A stretch of DNA of 64,000 nucleotides from Clostridia bacterium (GCA_017512905.1 JAFWEL010000076.1:2897-66896), one strand, 5' to 3'; shown: positions 47,271 to 57,451, numbered from the stretch's first letter. The notes: generated from the sequence alone by a model not told the origin. Program-made: numbers and translations.

Positions 47271-50200
47271 ATGATGAACAGACAAAGCAAGGTTTACCGG
47301 ACAATCATGCTCGCGCTGGAGACGCTGTTCCTGGCGCTGGCAGGCATATATCTGATCTACAGAGTGTCCAAGTCGACGACGTTTCGCCTGAATTGGCCGA
47401 CATGGTTTGAGACCTGTCTGATGCGCGGCCTGGTTGGGGTCGCGCTTGCGCGTTTATTGGCGTTGGGGCTGCGGCGCTGGGAGACGCTGGCCGCCCTGGG
47501 GATGACGCTGGTCTACGGGATGGTCTACCGCACCAGCGGCTATGCGTTTTTGCTGTTTCTGGCGATCCTCACCGTGGGCTTCATCGGCATCGACCACCGA
47601 AAGATCTTCCGGATGTACCTTGTGACGGTGGGCGCTTTCTACGTTGTGACCCTGCTGGCGGGGCTGATGGGCGTGATTACGAACTACGTGACCACCCGCG
47701 CCGGGCGCGGCGTCAGGAGCGCCTGGGGCATGAGCTATTACACGGACTTCGCCTCCCTGGGCCTGTTCATACTGATGGGTGTATGGGTGGCCTGCCGCAA
47801 GCTGCCGGACTGGACGATGCTGTTGTTCTGTGCGGGCTTTGTGTTTATGTCCGCGCATATCGCCCACAGCAACACCAGCACCTTCTGTGCCGGGCTGCTG
47901 TTCTGCGCGGTCATCTGGCACGGCGTTGAGCGCCGCTTTGTCAATCGAAAACCGGGACTGAGATGGTTGAAGAAGGGCCCGGAGCTTTTTGCGCTGTTCG
48001 GCTTTCCGCTGCTCGCCCTGGTCATGTTCGCGCTGATGCTGATGTACGCGAAGGGCACGGGCATCGGCTACCGGCTGAACACGATGCTGTCCAACCGGCT
48101 GCTTCGTGGCGTGGAGGCGTGGAAGAGCTATGGGCTGAAGCCCTTCGGGACTCCCTTTGAACAGCACGGCGCCGGCTTCTCCACGTTCCCGTCCAACATC
48201 TACAATTTCGTGGACAGCACGTATCCCCTGGTGCTGTTGCGGTACGGATGGGTGACGCTGCTGATGCTGTGCCTCTCCTGGGGGCTGACGGCGTGGCGGG
48301 CCAGGCGCTGTGGCGACCGGCGACTGCTGCTCATCATGGGCATCATCGCCGTCCACGCCTTCTCGGAGCATCACTTTACCGACGCCCACTTCAACCTGCT
48401 GGTGACCATGCCCCTCGCGGCATACCTCCCGCAGGCGGATGGGGTGGCGACGGAGGGATCAAAGCCTTCTCCCTCCAGGCGCAATGCCATGCTGGCCTGG
48501 ACGATCGCCGGGCTGCTGGTCGCGGCCGCGGCATTTCTGGCCGCGCCGGTGGCGCTGTCCAGGCTGAAGACCGCCCTTGAGCTGATGCAGTACGGCCATG
48601 GTCGCCACGCGCTGAGGCTGATCTGCGTGTTGGGCGGCGCGTTATTCGGCGTGGGCCTTGCCGCCTGGGCCGTCAGCGGCATCCTGCGGGCGCTTCTGGA
48701 GCGCAAGGCCCTGCGAACCTGCATGCCGGCCCTTGTGGCGCTGGCGCTGTGTGTCCTGGTGGGCGGCGGCGCGTGGCTCTACATGGGGCGGGTCATCGAC
48801 CGGACTCCCGACGAGGCGACGCAGGCGGTGGAAGACGACCGGCAGGCGCTGGAGATCGCCGTTCGGGCGGCGACGGGCAGGGTCCGCTCGGCGGTGCTGC
48901 CCGAGCTGTACAGCCGGAGGATCGACGGCATGTCCCTGGCGGCGTATTTTGAAGACGATATGGCGAGGCTCCACGGCGATACGGTGCTCATGCCGGCCGA
49001 CAGCGAGCACGGCGCTTTCATCGACAACGGCTTTCTCTATGTGCCGGTATCCGATGCCCATGCGCTCTATACCGGCGACCGGGCCGTTGTCGAAGCCCTC
49101 GCGTCAGCGGGCTATCCCGCCACGGGTTATTACAGCGGCGTACAGTCGGTGGATATGGAAAGGGCCGCGGAGCTGAACAAACTGGCGTATGACGCGGCGA
49201 CCGGCGCGCGCCTTGCGGGCACCGATGGGAGCATGCGCCGGGGACCCTGGCAGGACCTCTTTGGCGGCCAGTATACGGCGACCTGGCAGCTCAGTCTGCC
49301 GGAAGGCGCGTCCCAGCCGGAGGGCAAGCTCTGCACCCTGAGCGTGACCACCTACAAGGGCGACGAGGTCATCCTTGAGAAGGCCATCCGGGTTGAGCAG
49401 TTCGACGCGGACGGCCGACTGAGTGTCTCCGTGCCATTCAAGCTTCGGGACAGCCGGAATGTGGGCTTCGAGGTATGGATGGAGCCGGGCGCGACGCTGG
49501 ATGTGTTGGGGATCAGCTTCGTCCAGACGCCGGATTACGACGTTCACGCCTTCTACGATAGCAGGCTGAGAAAGACCCGGGACGAGTATTACGACGCTGA
49601 CGGCGCGCCGATGCTCCGCAAGGACGGCTGGTTTGCCTGCGATTATGAATACGACCGCTATGGCAACGTCACCTCGCTGCGCTATTATAACTGCCAGGGC
49701 CAGCCGACGATGATCCGGGCGGGCTACGCCCAGCGCCGCAGGGTCTACAATGCGAAGAAGCAGGTCGTCCGCGAGGCGTATTACGGCGTGGACGGCGAGA
49801 TGGTCATGGCGACGGCGGGCTACGCCGCACTGGAGCGGGAATACGATTCCAACGGCAATGCCACGGTGGAGCGGTACTTCGGCACCGATGGGGAACCCCT
49901 GGTCATCGCCGACGGCTATGCCGAGGTACATCGCGCGTACAACGATGAAAAACAGGTGGTGCGCGAGGCTTACTATGGCCCGGATGGCGCGCCGATGGCG
50001 CTGGCGGAGGGCTATTCCGGTGTGATGCTGGGCTATGACGGCGCGGGCAACGTTGTGCTGCGCAGATTCCTCGACGCCGAGGGCAAGCCGATGACCCTCA
50101 AGGACGGCTATGCCCAGATCAGCAGAAGCTTTGACGGCCAGCACCAGGTGATCCGGGAGGCGTATCTGGACCTGTCCGGCGAACCGGCGATGTGCGCGGG

Positions 50201-50690
50201 AGGCTTCGCGTCGAGTGTGCGTGAATACGACGAGGCGGGCAACATCATCGTGCAGCGGTATTATGGCCTGGAGGAAGAGCCCGTGCTGACCACCTCCGGC
50301 TATGCCGTGGTCCGCCGGGACTACAACGCCCTCGGCCAGGTGGTGACGGAGCGCTACTACGGCACGGATGAACGGCCCATCCCGCTGACCTTCGGCCAGT
50401 ATGGCGTGGAGATCGGCTACGACGATGTGGGAAACCGGGCCTCCCTGCGGTACCTGGACGCGGAAGGCAAACTGATGGTCAACAACCGCGGCTACGCGGA
50501 ATACCGGCGGGCCTACAACGCCCGCAGGCAGATCGTGCGGGAAGCGTACTTCGGCATGAACGGCGAACCGGTGCTCTCTGATAAGGGCTACGCCGCCGTG
50601 GAGCGGACCTACGACGGAAAGGGCAAGCTGATCGCCAGGAGATATTATGATATCGACGGCGCTGTGGTCCGGGAAGAGCTGCTCGACTGA
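47271..50690 (+). CDS. large membrane protein: O-antigen ligase/polymerase (Wzy)-like polytopic N-terminal half fused to a soluble region ending in eleven 32-aa repeats
   Basis: About 12 or more hydrophobic helices lie in the first ~510 aa. A ~250-aa region of unknown family follows, then the repeat array (see the repeat feature). Total length 1139 aa. Confidence 0.7.
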   Translation: MMNRQSKVYRTIMLALETLFLALAGIYLIYRVSKSTTFRLNWPTWFETCLMRGLVGVALARLLALGLRRWETLAALGMTLVYGMVYRTSGYAFLLFLAILTVGFIGIDHRKIFRMYLVTVGAFYVVTLLAGLMGVITNYVTTRAGRGVRSAWGMSYYTDFASLGLFILMGVWVACRKLPDWTMLLFCAGFVFMSAHIAHSNTSTFCAGLLFCAVIWHGVERRFVNRKPGLRWLKKGPELFALFGFPLLALVMFALMLMYAKGTGIGYRLNTMLSNRLLRGVEAWKSYGLKPFGTPFEQHGAGFSTFPSNIYNFVDSTYPLVLLRYGWVTLLMLCLSWGLTAWRARRCGDRRLLLIMGIIAVHAFSEHHFTDAHFNLLVTMPLAAYLPQADGVATEGSKPSPSRRNAMLAWTIAGLLVAAAAFLAAPVALSRLKTALELMQYGHGRHALRLICVLGGALFGVGLAAWAVSGILRALLERKALRTCMPALVALALCVLVGGGAWLYMGRVIDRTPDEATQAVEDDRQALEIAVRAATGRVRSAVLPELYSRRIDGMSLAAYFEDDMARLHGDTVLMPADSEHGAFIDNGFLYVPVSDAHALYTGDRAVVEALASAGYPATGYYSGVQSVDMERAAELNKLAYDAATGARLAGTDGSMRRGPWQDLFGGQYTATWQLSLPEGASQPEGKLCTLSVTTYKGDEVILEKAIRVEQFDADGRLSVSVPFKLRDSRNVGFEVWMEPGATLDVLGISFVQTPDYDVHAFYDSRLRKTRDEYYDADGAPMLRKDGWFACDYEYDRYGNVTSLRYYNCQGQPTMIRAGYAQRRRVYNAKKQVVREAYYGVDGEMVMATAGYAALEREYDSNGNATVERYFGTDGEPLVIADGYAEVHRAYNDEKQVVREAYYGPDGAPMALAEGYSGVMLGYDGAGNVVLRRFLDAEGKPMTLKDGYAQISRSFDGQHQVIREAYLDLSGEPAMCAGGFASSVREYDEAGNIIVQRYYGLEEEPVLTTSGYAVVRRDYNALGQVVTERYYGTDERPIPLTFGQYGVEIGYDDVGNRASLRYLDAEGKLMVNNRGYAEYRRAYNARRQIVREAYFGMNGEPVLSDKGYAAVERTYDGKGKLIARRYYDIDGAVVREELLD
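49617..50675 (+). repeat. in-frame array of 11 x ~96 bp (32 aa) repeats
   Basis: The repeat unit consensus is xxGYAxxxRxYDxxGNxxxxRYYGxDGEPxxx. Two subtypes alternate: YD..GN....RY and YN..KQVVREAY. Confidence 0.85.
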
Positions 50691-50809
50691 CGGCCCGGAG
50701 GGCACTGATACACAGACGGGGACGGTTTGAGACACACTGCCCGTTCCGCCGGGACGGGGGAACGGAGTATCGGTACAACCACCATTAAGCGACATGGGGA
50801 GGATGGCAC

Positions 50810-52177
50810 ATGCAGATCAACAATCACTACGAACCGGAAATCAGGTTGAAGGATGTCTTCTTCGAGATTCTCTACCATTGGAGGAGCATATTGATTGCGG
50901 CCATCGTCGGCGCGCTGTTGCTGGGAGGTTACCAGTACTACAGCATCTGGTCCGTCCACCGCGAGGGCCTGAAGACGGAGGATGAGCAGCAGTACGAATA
51001 TGCCCTGAAGGATTACGAGCTGAACCTGAAGACCAGCCAGGACACGCTCAGGGCGAACCGGACGCTGCTACAACAGATCCAGGACTACATGTCGAAATCG
51101 GTGCTCTACAACATGGACGCCTCCTCGCTGCTGAGGGAAGAGCGCACCTTCGCGGTAACCCTCAAGCGGGAGGACGACAGCGCTCCCGCTGCCACCTTCC
51201 AGGATCCCGTGGATTATGTGATGGCTTCCTATTCCAGCTCCCTGTTCAACGGCGTGGACCCTGAGCAGATGCTGGCGCTGCTGGGCACCAACGAGAAGCG
51301 CTATATGAATGAAGTGGTCCGCATCAGCATAAATGCGGATACCAACATCATGACGATGGTGATCTACAGCGAGAGCGAGGAGAAGCTGAAGGAGATCGGC
51401 GAATACTTTGTGGACCGGCTGACGACGGTGTGCGCCAAGCCGATTCAGGCGATCTATCCCCATGAGCTGGTGATGGTCAGCGACACCCTCAATGTGGGGC
51501 CGTCCGATTCCGTTCAGCAGACCTGGGCCAAGAACGCCACCGACATGGCCAACTACAAGGAGGCCATCAGCGAGGCCGAAGAGGCGCTGTATGACCTGGA
51601 AAAGCAGGGCAAGCCCATCATGCCCGGCAAGCACATCGGCAGGATGGCGGTCATCGGTTTCGTGGTGTTCGCGTTCCTGGCGGTGCTGCTCTGGGCGGTC
51701 AGGTACCTGGCCGGCGGGCGGCTGCACGACGGCAAGGAGATGACCCAGCGCTACGGCCTGTTCGTCTTCGCCGAAGCCGACCACTCCAGGGCCCGCCATC
51801 CCGGCAAGGGCATCGACGCATTGATCGAGAAGTGGGAGTTCGGCAAAAAGCGCGTTGGCGTGGACCAGGCCTGCCATCAGGCGGCGACGCTGCTGGCCGG
51901 GAGCGTGTCCGGCGGCGCGCTGGTGCTGGCCGGCACGAGGGCCTCGAAGCGCTTCGATCAGCTGCAAAAGACCCTTGAGGCCGAGCTGAAGGGCGATGTG
52001 AGGCAGATCGTCCCCGTGGCGGATTTCCTCCAGTCCGATCAGGCGGGCCGGCTGCCCGAGGGGGCGGACCTGCTGATCGTCGAAGAGAAGTACGAATCCC
52101 GCACGGATCAGATTCACCGCGAGGCGGAAATCCTGTCCATGCAGCGCGCGAACGTGCTGGGCACGGTCATACTGTGA
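50810..52177 (+). CDS. Wzz/CpsC-like chain-length determinant with a C-terminal degenerate BY-kinase-like domain
   Basis: N-terminal Wzz motif region (LKDVFFEILYHWRSILIAAIVGALLLGG), a second TM near aa 285, and a C-terminal ~150 aa ending ADLLIVEEKYESRTDQIHREAEILSMQRANVLGTVIL. This resembles CpsD-type kinases but has no GxxGKS/T Walker A. Confidence 0.65.
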   Translation: MQINNHYEPEIRLKDVFFEILYHWRSILIAAIVGALLLGGYQYYSIWSVHREGLKTEDEQQYEYALKDYELNLKTSQDTLRANRTLLQQIQDYMSKSVLYNMDASSLLREERTFAVTLKREDDSAPAATFQDPVDYVMASYSSSLFNGVDPEQMLALLGTNEKRYMNEVVRISINADTNIMTMVIYSESEEKLKEIGEYFVDRLTTVCAKPIQAIYPHELVMVSDTLNVGPSDSVQQTWAKNATDMANYKEAISEAEEALYDLEKQGKPIMPGKHIGRMAVIGFVVFAFLAVLLWAVRYLAGGRLHDGKEMTQRYGLFVFAEADHSRARHPGKGIDALIEKWEFGKKRVGVDQACHQAATLLAGSVSGGALVLAGTRASKRFDQLQKTLEAELKGDVRQIVPVADFLQSDQAGRLPEGADLLIVEEKYESRTDQIHREAEILSMQRANVLGTVIL

Positions 52178-52208
52178 CGCGGCCGGGAAGCGAACCGGAG
52201 GTTGCAGC

Positions 52209-53453
52209 ATGAGTCAGACGCAGCATGTATTTATCATCGGTAGCAAGTCCATCGGCCAGTACGGCGGTTACGAGACCTTCGTCGACAAGCTGACGGAACA
52301 GCATGCCGGGGATTCCGCCCTGCAATACCATGTGGCCTGCAAGGCCAATGGCGAGGGCTGTATGGATGAAGCCAGGCTTCAGGGCGTTCGGGTGACCGGG
52401 AAAAACAAGGACGGCGAAGTGACTGAGTTCATCTACCATGGGGCGCGGGCCTTCAAGATCAAGGTGCCGAACATCGGCCCTGCCGTGGCCATCTACTATG
52501 ACGTGGCCGCAGTGCGCGCCTGCCTGCGCTACTGTCGGGCGCATCAGATTCCCCATCCGATCTTCTATATCCTGACCTGCCGCATCGGCCCGTTTATCGC
52601 CGGCCTGAAGCGGCAGATCGCGGCCCTCGGGGGGGCGCTGTACCTGAATCCGGACGGCCATGAATGGATGCGCAGCAAGTGGAGCCCCGCCGTGCGCAGG
52701 TATTGGAAGTATTCTGAAAAGGCCATGGTCAGGCAGGCCGATTGCGTCGTCTGCGATTCCCGAAACATCGAGAAGTACATCCAGCGGGAATACGCCGCGA
52801 TGCAGCCCAGGACCTGCTTTATCGCCTATGGCGCTGACCTCGACGTCGCCACCGCCGAAGGCGCGGATGAAAAGTATGCCCGGTGGCTGAGCGAGCATGA
52901 CCTGGAGGCCGGGGAATACTACCTGGTCGTGGGGCGCTTCGTGCCGGAAAACAACTTCGCCACGATGATCCGGGAGTACATGGCGAGCCGGACCACCCGT
53001 CCGCTGGCGCTGGTGACGAACCTCAACGGCAAATTCAGCGACGAGCTCGAGCAGCAGCTCGGCTTCTCGAAGGACGGCCGCATACGCTTCGTGGGCACGG
53101 TGTACGACGCCGCGCTGCTGCGCCGCATTCGTGAGAACGCCCGGGGCTATCTGCACGGCCACGAGGTGGGGGGGACGAACCCCAGCCTGCTGGAGGCGCT
53201 GAGCTGTACCCGGGTGAACCTGCTGCTGGACGTAGGCTTCAATCGGGAGGTCGGCCTTGACGCGGCGTTGTACTGGACCAAGGAGCCAGGCAGCCTCGCG
53301 GCGCTGATCCAACGGGCGGATGAGCTGAGCGATGACGAATGCGAAGCGATGGGCCAACAGGCCAGGGACCGGATCCGACAGGCCTACAGCTGGCCCTACA
53401 TCGCCGTGCAGTACCGTGAACTTTGGCTTGAACAGGAGAACGCGGTTCGATGA
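52209..53453 (+). CDS. DUF1972-containing GT4 glycosyltransferase (WchF/RgpA-like, typically rhamnosyltransferase)
   Basis: N-terminus VFIIGSKSIGQYGGYETFVDKL, characteristic of DUF1972. C-terminal GT1-fold EX7E-like region. Confidence 0.8.
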   Translation: MSQTQHVFIIGSKSIGQYGGYETFVDKLTEQHAGDSALQYHVACKANGEGCMDEARLQGVRVTGKNKDGEVTEFIYHGARAFKIKVPNIGPAVAIYYDVAAVRACLRYCRAHQIPHPIFYILTCRIGPFIAGLKRQIAALGGALYLNPDGHEWMRSKWSPAVRRYWKYSEKAMVRQADCVVCDSRNIEKYIQREYAAMQPRTCFIAYGADLDVATAEGADEKYARWLSEHDLEAGEYYLVVGRFVPENNFATMIREYMASRTTRPLALVTNLNGKFSDELEQQLGFSKDGRIRFVGTVYDAALLRRIRENARGYLHGHEVGGTNPSLLEALSCTRVNLLLDVGFNREVGLDAALYWTKEPGSLAALIQRADELSDDECEAMGQQARDRIRQAYSWPYIAVQYRELWLEQENAVR

Positions 53454-54655
53454 AGATACTCGCCATTCATAACTTTCACCGCACCGGTTCCGCCAGCGGC
53501 GACGACCAGGTGTTCAAGGCGGAGACCCGGCTGCTGGAGGATCACGGACATCAGGTCGTCCGCTACAGCGTCTGCAACGACGCCTTTGACAACGCCGGGG
53601 CGGCGGGAAAGCTGGTCGCGGCGCTGGCGATGTTCTGGTCCCCCGGGCACGCCCGGGCGGTCAAAGCGCTGATCGAGAGGGAAAAGCCGGATATCGTGCA
53701 TGTGCACACGTTTTTCCCCCTGCTCTCGCCGTCAATACTGTACGCCGCGAAGCGCTGCGGTGTGCCGGTGGCGGCGACGCTCCACGACACCCGCTTCATC
53801 TGTCCTTGCGCCACATCGCTGCGGGGAACGGAGCTGTGCAACCGCTGCGGCGACGGGCACTACCTGCGCATGGTCCGCTATGGATGCTACAAGGGCTCCC
53901 GGCTGCAAAGCCTGCTGGTGGCTATGAACTTCAAGCTGCACCGTTGGCTGAAGACCTATTACCGCCAGATCGACCGGTACATCTGCCTGAACGACAACCA
54001 GATCCGGCTGCTGACGGAGATCGGGTTTGACCCGGCGAAGATCGTAAAAAAGTACAACTTCGTCGAGGACGCCGATGTCAATGCCCATGAGCCGCTGCCG
54101 GACGGCCTTCCACCCCGCTATGCCGTGTATTACGGCCGCATCGGCGAGGAAAAGGGCGTTCGCGTACTGATGAAGATCGCGGAGGCGACGCCGGAGATCC
54201 CCCTCGTGGTGATGGGCGGCGGTCCGCTGGAGGGGGAATTTGCCCGATGGGCCGAGGGCCAGGGGCATGTGCGTTACCTCGGCTATACGCCCCACGCGCT
54301 GTGCCTGAGCATCGCCCGCAACGCGGCGTTCGTGCTGTTCCCCTCGATATGGTACGAGGGTTGCTCCATGGTGGAGATCGAGGCCCAGTCCCTGGGACTG
54401 CCGATCATCGCCACGGACCTCGGCTTTTCCCACGAGGCGATACAGGACGGCTACAACGGGCGCAAGGTGCCCCTGGGCGATGTGACGGGCTTTGTCAAGG
54501 CCACCCGGGATTGCTGGGGCGACCCGGAGGCCTGCAGGACCATGGGTGAAAACGCCCGTCGGGAATACGTCGAAAAGTACCAGCCGGAGGAAAACTACCG
54601 CCAGCTGGAATCCATATACCGGGAATTGACCGGGAAGCGGGAGACGAGAGCATGA
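53450..54655 (+). CDS. GT4 family glycosyltransferase
   Basis: GT-B fold pattern. C-terminal FPSIWYEGCSMVEIEAQSLGLPIIATD motif. ATGA overlap with the upstream gene. Confidence 0.8.
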   Translation: MKILAIHNFHRTGSASGDDQVFKAETRLLEDHGHQVVRYSVCNDAFDNAGAAGKLVAALAMFWSPGHARAVKALIEREKPDIVHVHTFFPLLSPSILYAAKRCGVPVAATLHDTRFICPCATSLRGTELCNRCGDGHYLRMVRYGCYKGSRLQSLLVAMNFKLHRWLKTYYRQIDRYICLNDNQIRLLTEIGFDPAKIVKKYNFVEDADVNAHEPLPDGLPPRYAVYYGRIGEEKGVRVLMKIAEATPEIPLVVMGGGPLEGEFARWAEGQGHVRYLGYTPHALCLSIARNAAFVLFPSIWYEGCSMVEIEAQSLGLPIIATDLGFSHEAIQDGYNGRKVPLGDVTGFVKATRDCWGDPEACRTMGENARREYVEKYQPEENYRQLESIYRELTGKRETRA

Positions 54656-55305
54656 CGGAGGGAATCGGTTTCCAGGACAAGCTGATTGTCTACTGGCGCA
54701 CGGGAATCAAGGCCCTGCGCGGCCTGTTCCGGGGCCTGTTCCTGAAACGGCGCGGCGGGATGCTGTTGGTGGGCAAGGGCGTCACCATCAGCCACGCCCG
54801 GCATATTCGCTGCGGCAAATGGGTCAAATTTGAGGATTACGCCGAAATCCACGGCCTTTGTGCCGATGGCCTGCAATTCGGCGATTATGTCACCATCGGG
54901 CGCGGCGTGATGATCCGCCCCTCCAGCTACTACGGGATCGACCTGGGCGAAGGGCTGGTCATCGGCGACCACAGCTCCATCGGTCCCCACGGCTATATTG
55001 GGTGCTCCGGGAAGATCAGCATCGGCAACAACGTGATGCTGGGCCCGAAGTGCAGCCTGTTCGCGGAGAACCACCGCTTCGCCGACCGTGAACACAGCAT
55101 CAAGAGCCAGGGGGTCGTCCGGCGGGGCATCGTCATCGAGGATGATTGCTGGATCGCCAGCGGCGTGACGATCCTGGACGGCGTCACGATCGGGCGCGGT
55201 TGTGTCATCGGCGCGGGGACGCTGGTGACAAAGGATGTGCCCCCGGGGAGCGTCGTCGTGGACCGGAGGGACCGCTGGGTGAGGCAGAGGACCTCCGAGG
55301 CCTGA
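54652..55305 (+). CDS. hexapeptide-repeat (LbH) O-acetyltransferase
   Basis: Repeated [LIV]-G-x-x-x-x hexapeptides (IGDHSSIGPHGYIGCSGKISIGNNVMLGP..IEDDCWIASGVTILDGVTIGRGCVIGAG). Confidence 0.8.
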   Translation: MTEGIGFQDKLIVYWRTGIKALRGLFRGLFLKRRGGMLLVGKGVTISHARHIRCGKWVKFEDYAEIHGLCADGLQFGDYVTIGRGVMIRPSSYYGIDLGEGLVIGDHSSIGPHGYIGCSGKISIGNNVMLGPKCSLFAENHRFADREHSIKSQGVVRRGIVIEDDCWIASGVTILDGVTIGRGCVIGAGTLVTKDVPPGSVVVDRRDRWVRQRTSEA

Positions 55306-55341
55306 GACACCCGATCTATGGAAAGAAGGTGAAGCGGAGAA

Positions 55342-56643
55342 ATGGATAACAGCTTGCGCAGATCGAACAGCATCAAGCCGTATCTGTACTGTGCCGCGCT
55401 TCTCTTTATCAGCAACCTGGGCTTTCCCCAGGCGATACAGTATACCACCAGGGCCCTGGGCATCGGGGTGACCTGGTTTTGCCTGCTCTACTGCGGGCGG
55501 GGCACCCTGAAGGTGAAGAGCATTCGCCATGAACCGACGCTGCTGATCGTGCTCTACCTTGGCGTCTGTACGTTGTCCTGCATATGGTCGATCTCCCCCT
55601 TCCAGAGCGTGATGAAGGTGGCGGAGATGGTGACCGACTTCGTGCTGCTGCAGCGCCTGGCCCGGGATGAACAATGGCCCGGTGTGGCGAAGAAGACCAT
55701 GGACGTCTATATGACGGTGTGCCTGCTGCTGCTGGCGGTGACGCTGGTGGGCTTCTTTGTCGCCCCCGGCTATTTCGCCAACCGGGGCACCCAGGCCCGG
55801 CGATCCCTGCTGGGCGTCCGCCTGGGCGAGGGCTTCCTGGGGGCGAACAAGGCCAGCGCGCTGTCCGCCTTCTGCCTGTGCTGGCTGGTGCTGCTGCGCC
55901 CTTGGCAGGGCCTGCGCTCCGCCGTGGCGGTGGGGATGTGCCTGATCATCATGTTCGTGTCCCAGTCCCGGGCGTCGCTGGTGATGCTGCCCGTGATCGT
56001 CGCCTTCCGCTTCTTCAAATACCGTGAAAAGTACAGGATACTTTATATCCTGGCGGGCCTGGCCATCGGGGGCTTCGTGGTGATGCACCTGAATCTGCTG
56101 ATCACCTACCTGATGCGCGGCCAGACGACCGACGTGCTGCTCTCCGGCACCGGCCGGACCACCATATGGGCCTATGCGATGGAGTATATCGCCCAGCGGC
56201 CCATACTCGGCTATGGCTTCGGCGCGGGCGGCGAGCTGGCGGCCCATCGCTTCCACGGGGTGGCCACCGTGCACAGCGGCATCTTTGAAACGCTGCTGGG
56301 CACGGGCGCGCTGGGACTGTGCATACTGCTGCTCCAGTGCGTCTACGCCATCCGAATTGTCACAACCAATGTCTTCCGGCAGGGCCTGCGGGCGAATTTC
56401 GTCGACCTGATCATATTGATGTATTACCTGATTCGCTCCGTCACCAGCCTTGGCGTCGCGAACTGGCATTCGCCGGAGCTGATGATCTGGTGGCTGTTCC
56501 TGTTCGCCATTCGGGAGGATCAGGGCATTCATCGCCTGTACAGGAACGAGAATTACCGGCTGATGGAAGAACGGTCGAATTGGAATCGCCGGGACATGGG
56601 TCTGGCCACCGGCATGAGAGGCGGCGTTGAGGAAAATGGCTGA
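55342..56643 (+). CDS. O-antigen polymerase/ligase family (Wzy-like) membrane protein
   Basis: 433 aa, about 10-12 TMs, and a loop with the SQSRASL motif typical of the Wzy_C region. Confidence 0.7.
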   Translation: MDNSLRRSNSIKPYLYCAALLFISNLGFPQAIQYTTRALGIGVTWFCLLYCGRGTLKVKSIRHEPTLLIVLYLGVCTLSCIWSISPFQSVMKVAEMVTDFVLLQRLARDEQWPGVAKKTMDVYMTVCLLLLAVTLVGFFVAPGYFANRGTQARRSLLGVRLGEGFLGANKASALSAFCLCWLVLLRPWQGLRSAVAVGMCLIIMFVSQSRASLVMLPVIVAFRFFKYREKYRILYILAGLAIGGFVVMHLNLLITYLMRGQTTDVLLSGTGRTTIWAYAMEYIAQRPILGYGFGAGGELAAHRFHGVATVHSGIFETLLGTGALGLCILLLQCVYAIRIVTTNVFRQGLRANFVDLIILMYYLIRSVTSLGVANWHSPELMIWWLFLFAIREDQGIHRLYRNENYRLMEERSNWNRRDMGLATGMRGGVEENG

Positions 56644-57451
56644 GACACATCAGGATAACCAGCTGAACAGCCTGAAGCAGGCCCTGACGGGGATATTGGG
56701 GGAAATCGACGGGATCTGCCGGCGGCACGGCCTGAGGTATGTGCTGGCCGGCGGCACGGCGCTGGGCGCCGCCCGCCATGGCGGCTTTATTCCCTGGGAT
56801 GACGACCTGGATATCGCCATGCCCCGGGAGGACTATGACCGCTTTATTCAGATCGCCGGTCGCGAGCTGCCGCCCGATTTGTATTTCCGCTGCTTCAGCA
56901 CGGACCCGGATTACTACCTGCCCTTCGGCAAGGTGTGCCGGCGCAACACGTCCTATGTGACGGAGTTGGATTCCGAGCTGACCGAGGACAACGAGATCTT
57001 CGTGGACGTGTTTCCGCTGGACCGGGCCACGTCGCCGGACTCCGCCATGCTGAAGCTGAGGGCGACGCTAGTCAAGGGCCTGAAGGCCGTGGTGATCCGC
57101 AAGAAGCGGATGCACCTTCAAAGCACATCGGGGAAGGTGCGCCTGATCCAGCTCCTGTTTGCGCCCTTTTCCAGTCAGACGCTGATGCGCTGGCAGGAAA
57201 AGGTGATGCGCTGGCAGGGGAAAAAGCCCACGGAATACCTCACAAACCTGGGCAGCAATTATCACTATGTCAAGCAGACCATGGCGGAGTCGGTGTACTT
57301 CCCGGCCCGGGAGGTTGCCTTTGAGGGCCGACAGTTCATGGCGCCGGGCCAGCTGGAGGATTTCCTGACCCGCCTGTACGGCAACCGCTACATGGAACTG
57401 CCCCCGCCGGAAAAGCGCGTGACCCATCAGATCAGAAAGCTCGTGGTCTGA
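56627..57451 (+). CDS. LicD family phosphotransferase, paralog 1
   Basis: GGTALGAARHGGFIPWDDDLDIAMPRED motif. The start is either the TTG at 56627 or the ATG at 56636. Confidence 0.8.
   Translation: MRKMAETHQDNQLNSLKQALTGILGEIDGICRRHGLRYVLAGGTALGAARHGGFIPWDDDLDIAMPREDYDRFIQIAGRELPPDLYFRCFSTDPDYYLPFGKVCRRNTSYVTELDSELTEDNEIFVDVFPLDRATSPDSAMLKLRATLVKGLKAVVIRKKRMHLQSTSGKVRLIQLLFAPFSSQTLMRWQEKVMRWQGKKPTEYLTNLGSNYHYVKQTMAESVYFPAREVAFEGRQFMAPGQLEDFLTRLYGNRYMELPPPEKRVTHQIRKLVV

Noticed and set aside
49617-50675. Rhs/YD polymorphic toxin
   Set aside because: There is no Rhs core-closing motif and no variable toxin tip or immunity gene. The repeats are the C-terminus of a polytopic Wzy-like protein inside a polysaccharide operon.
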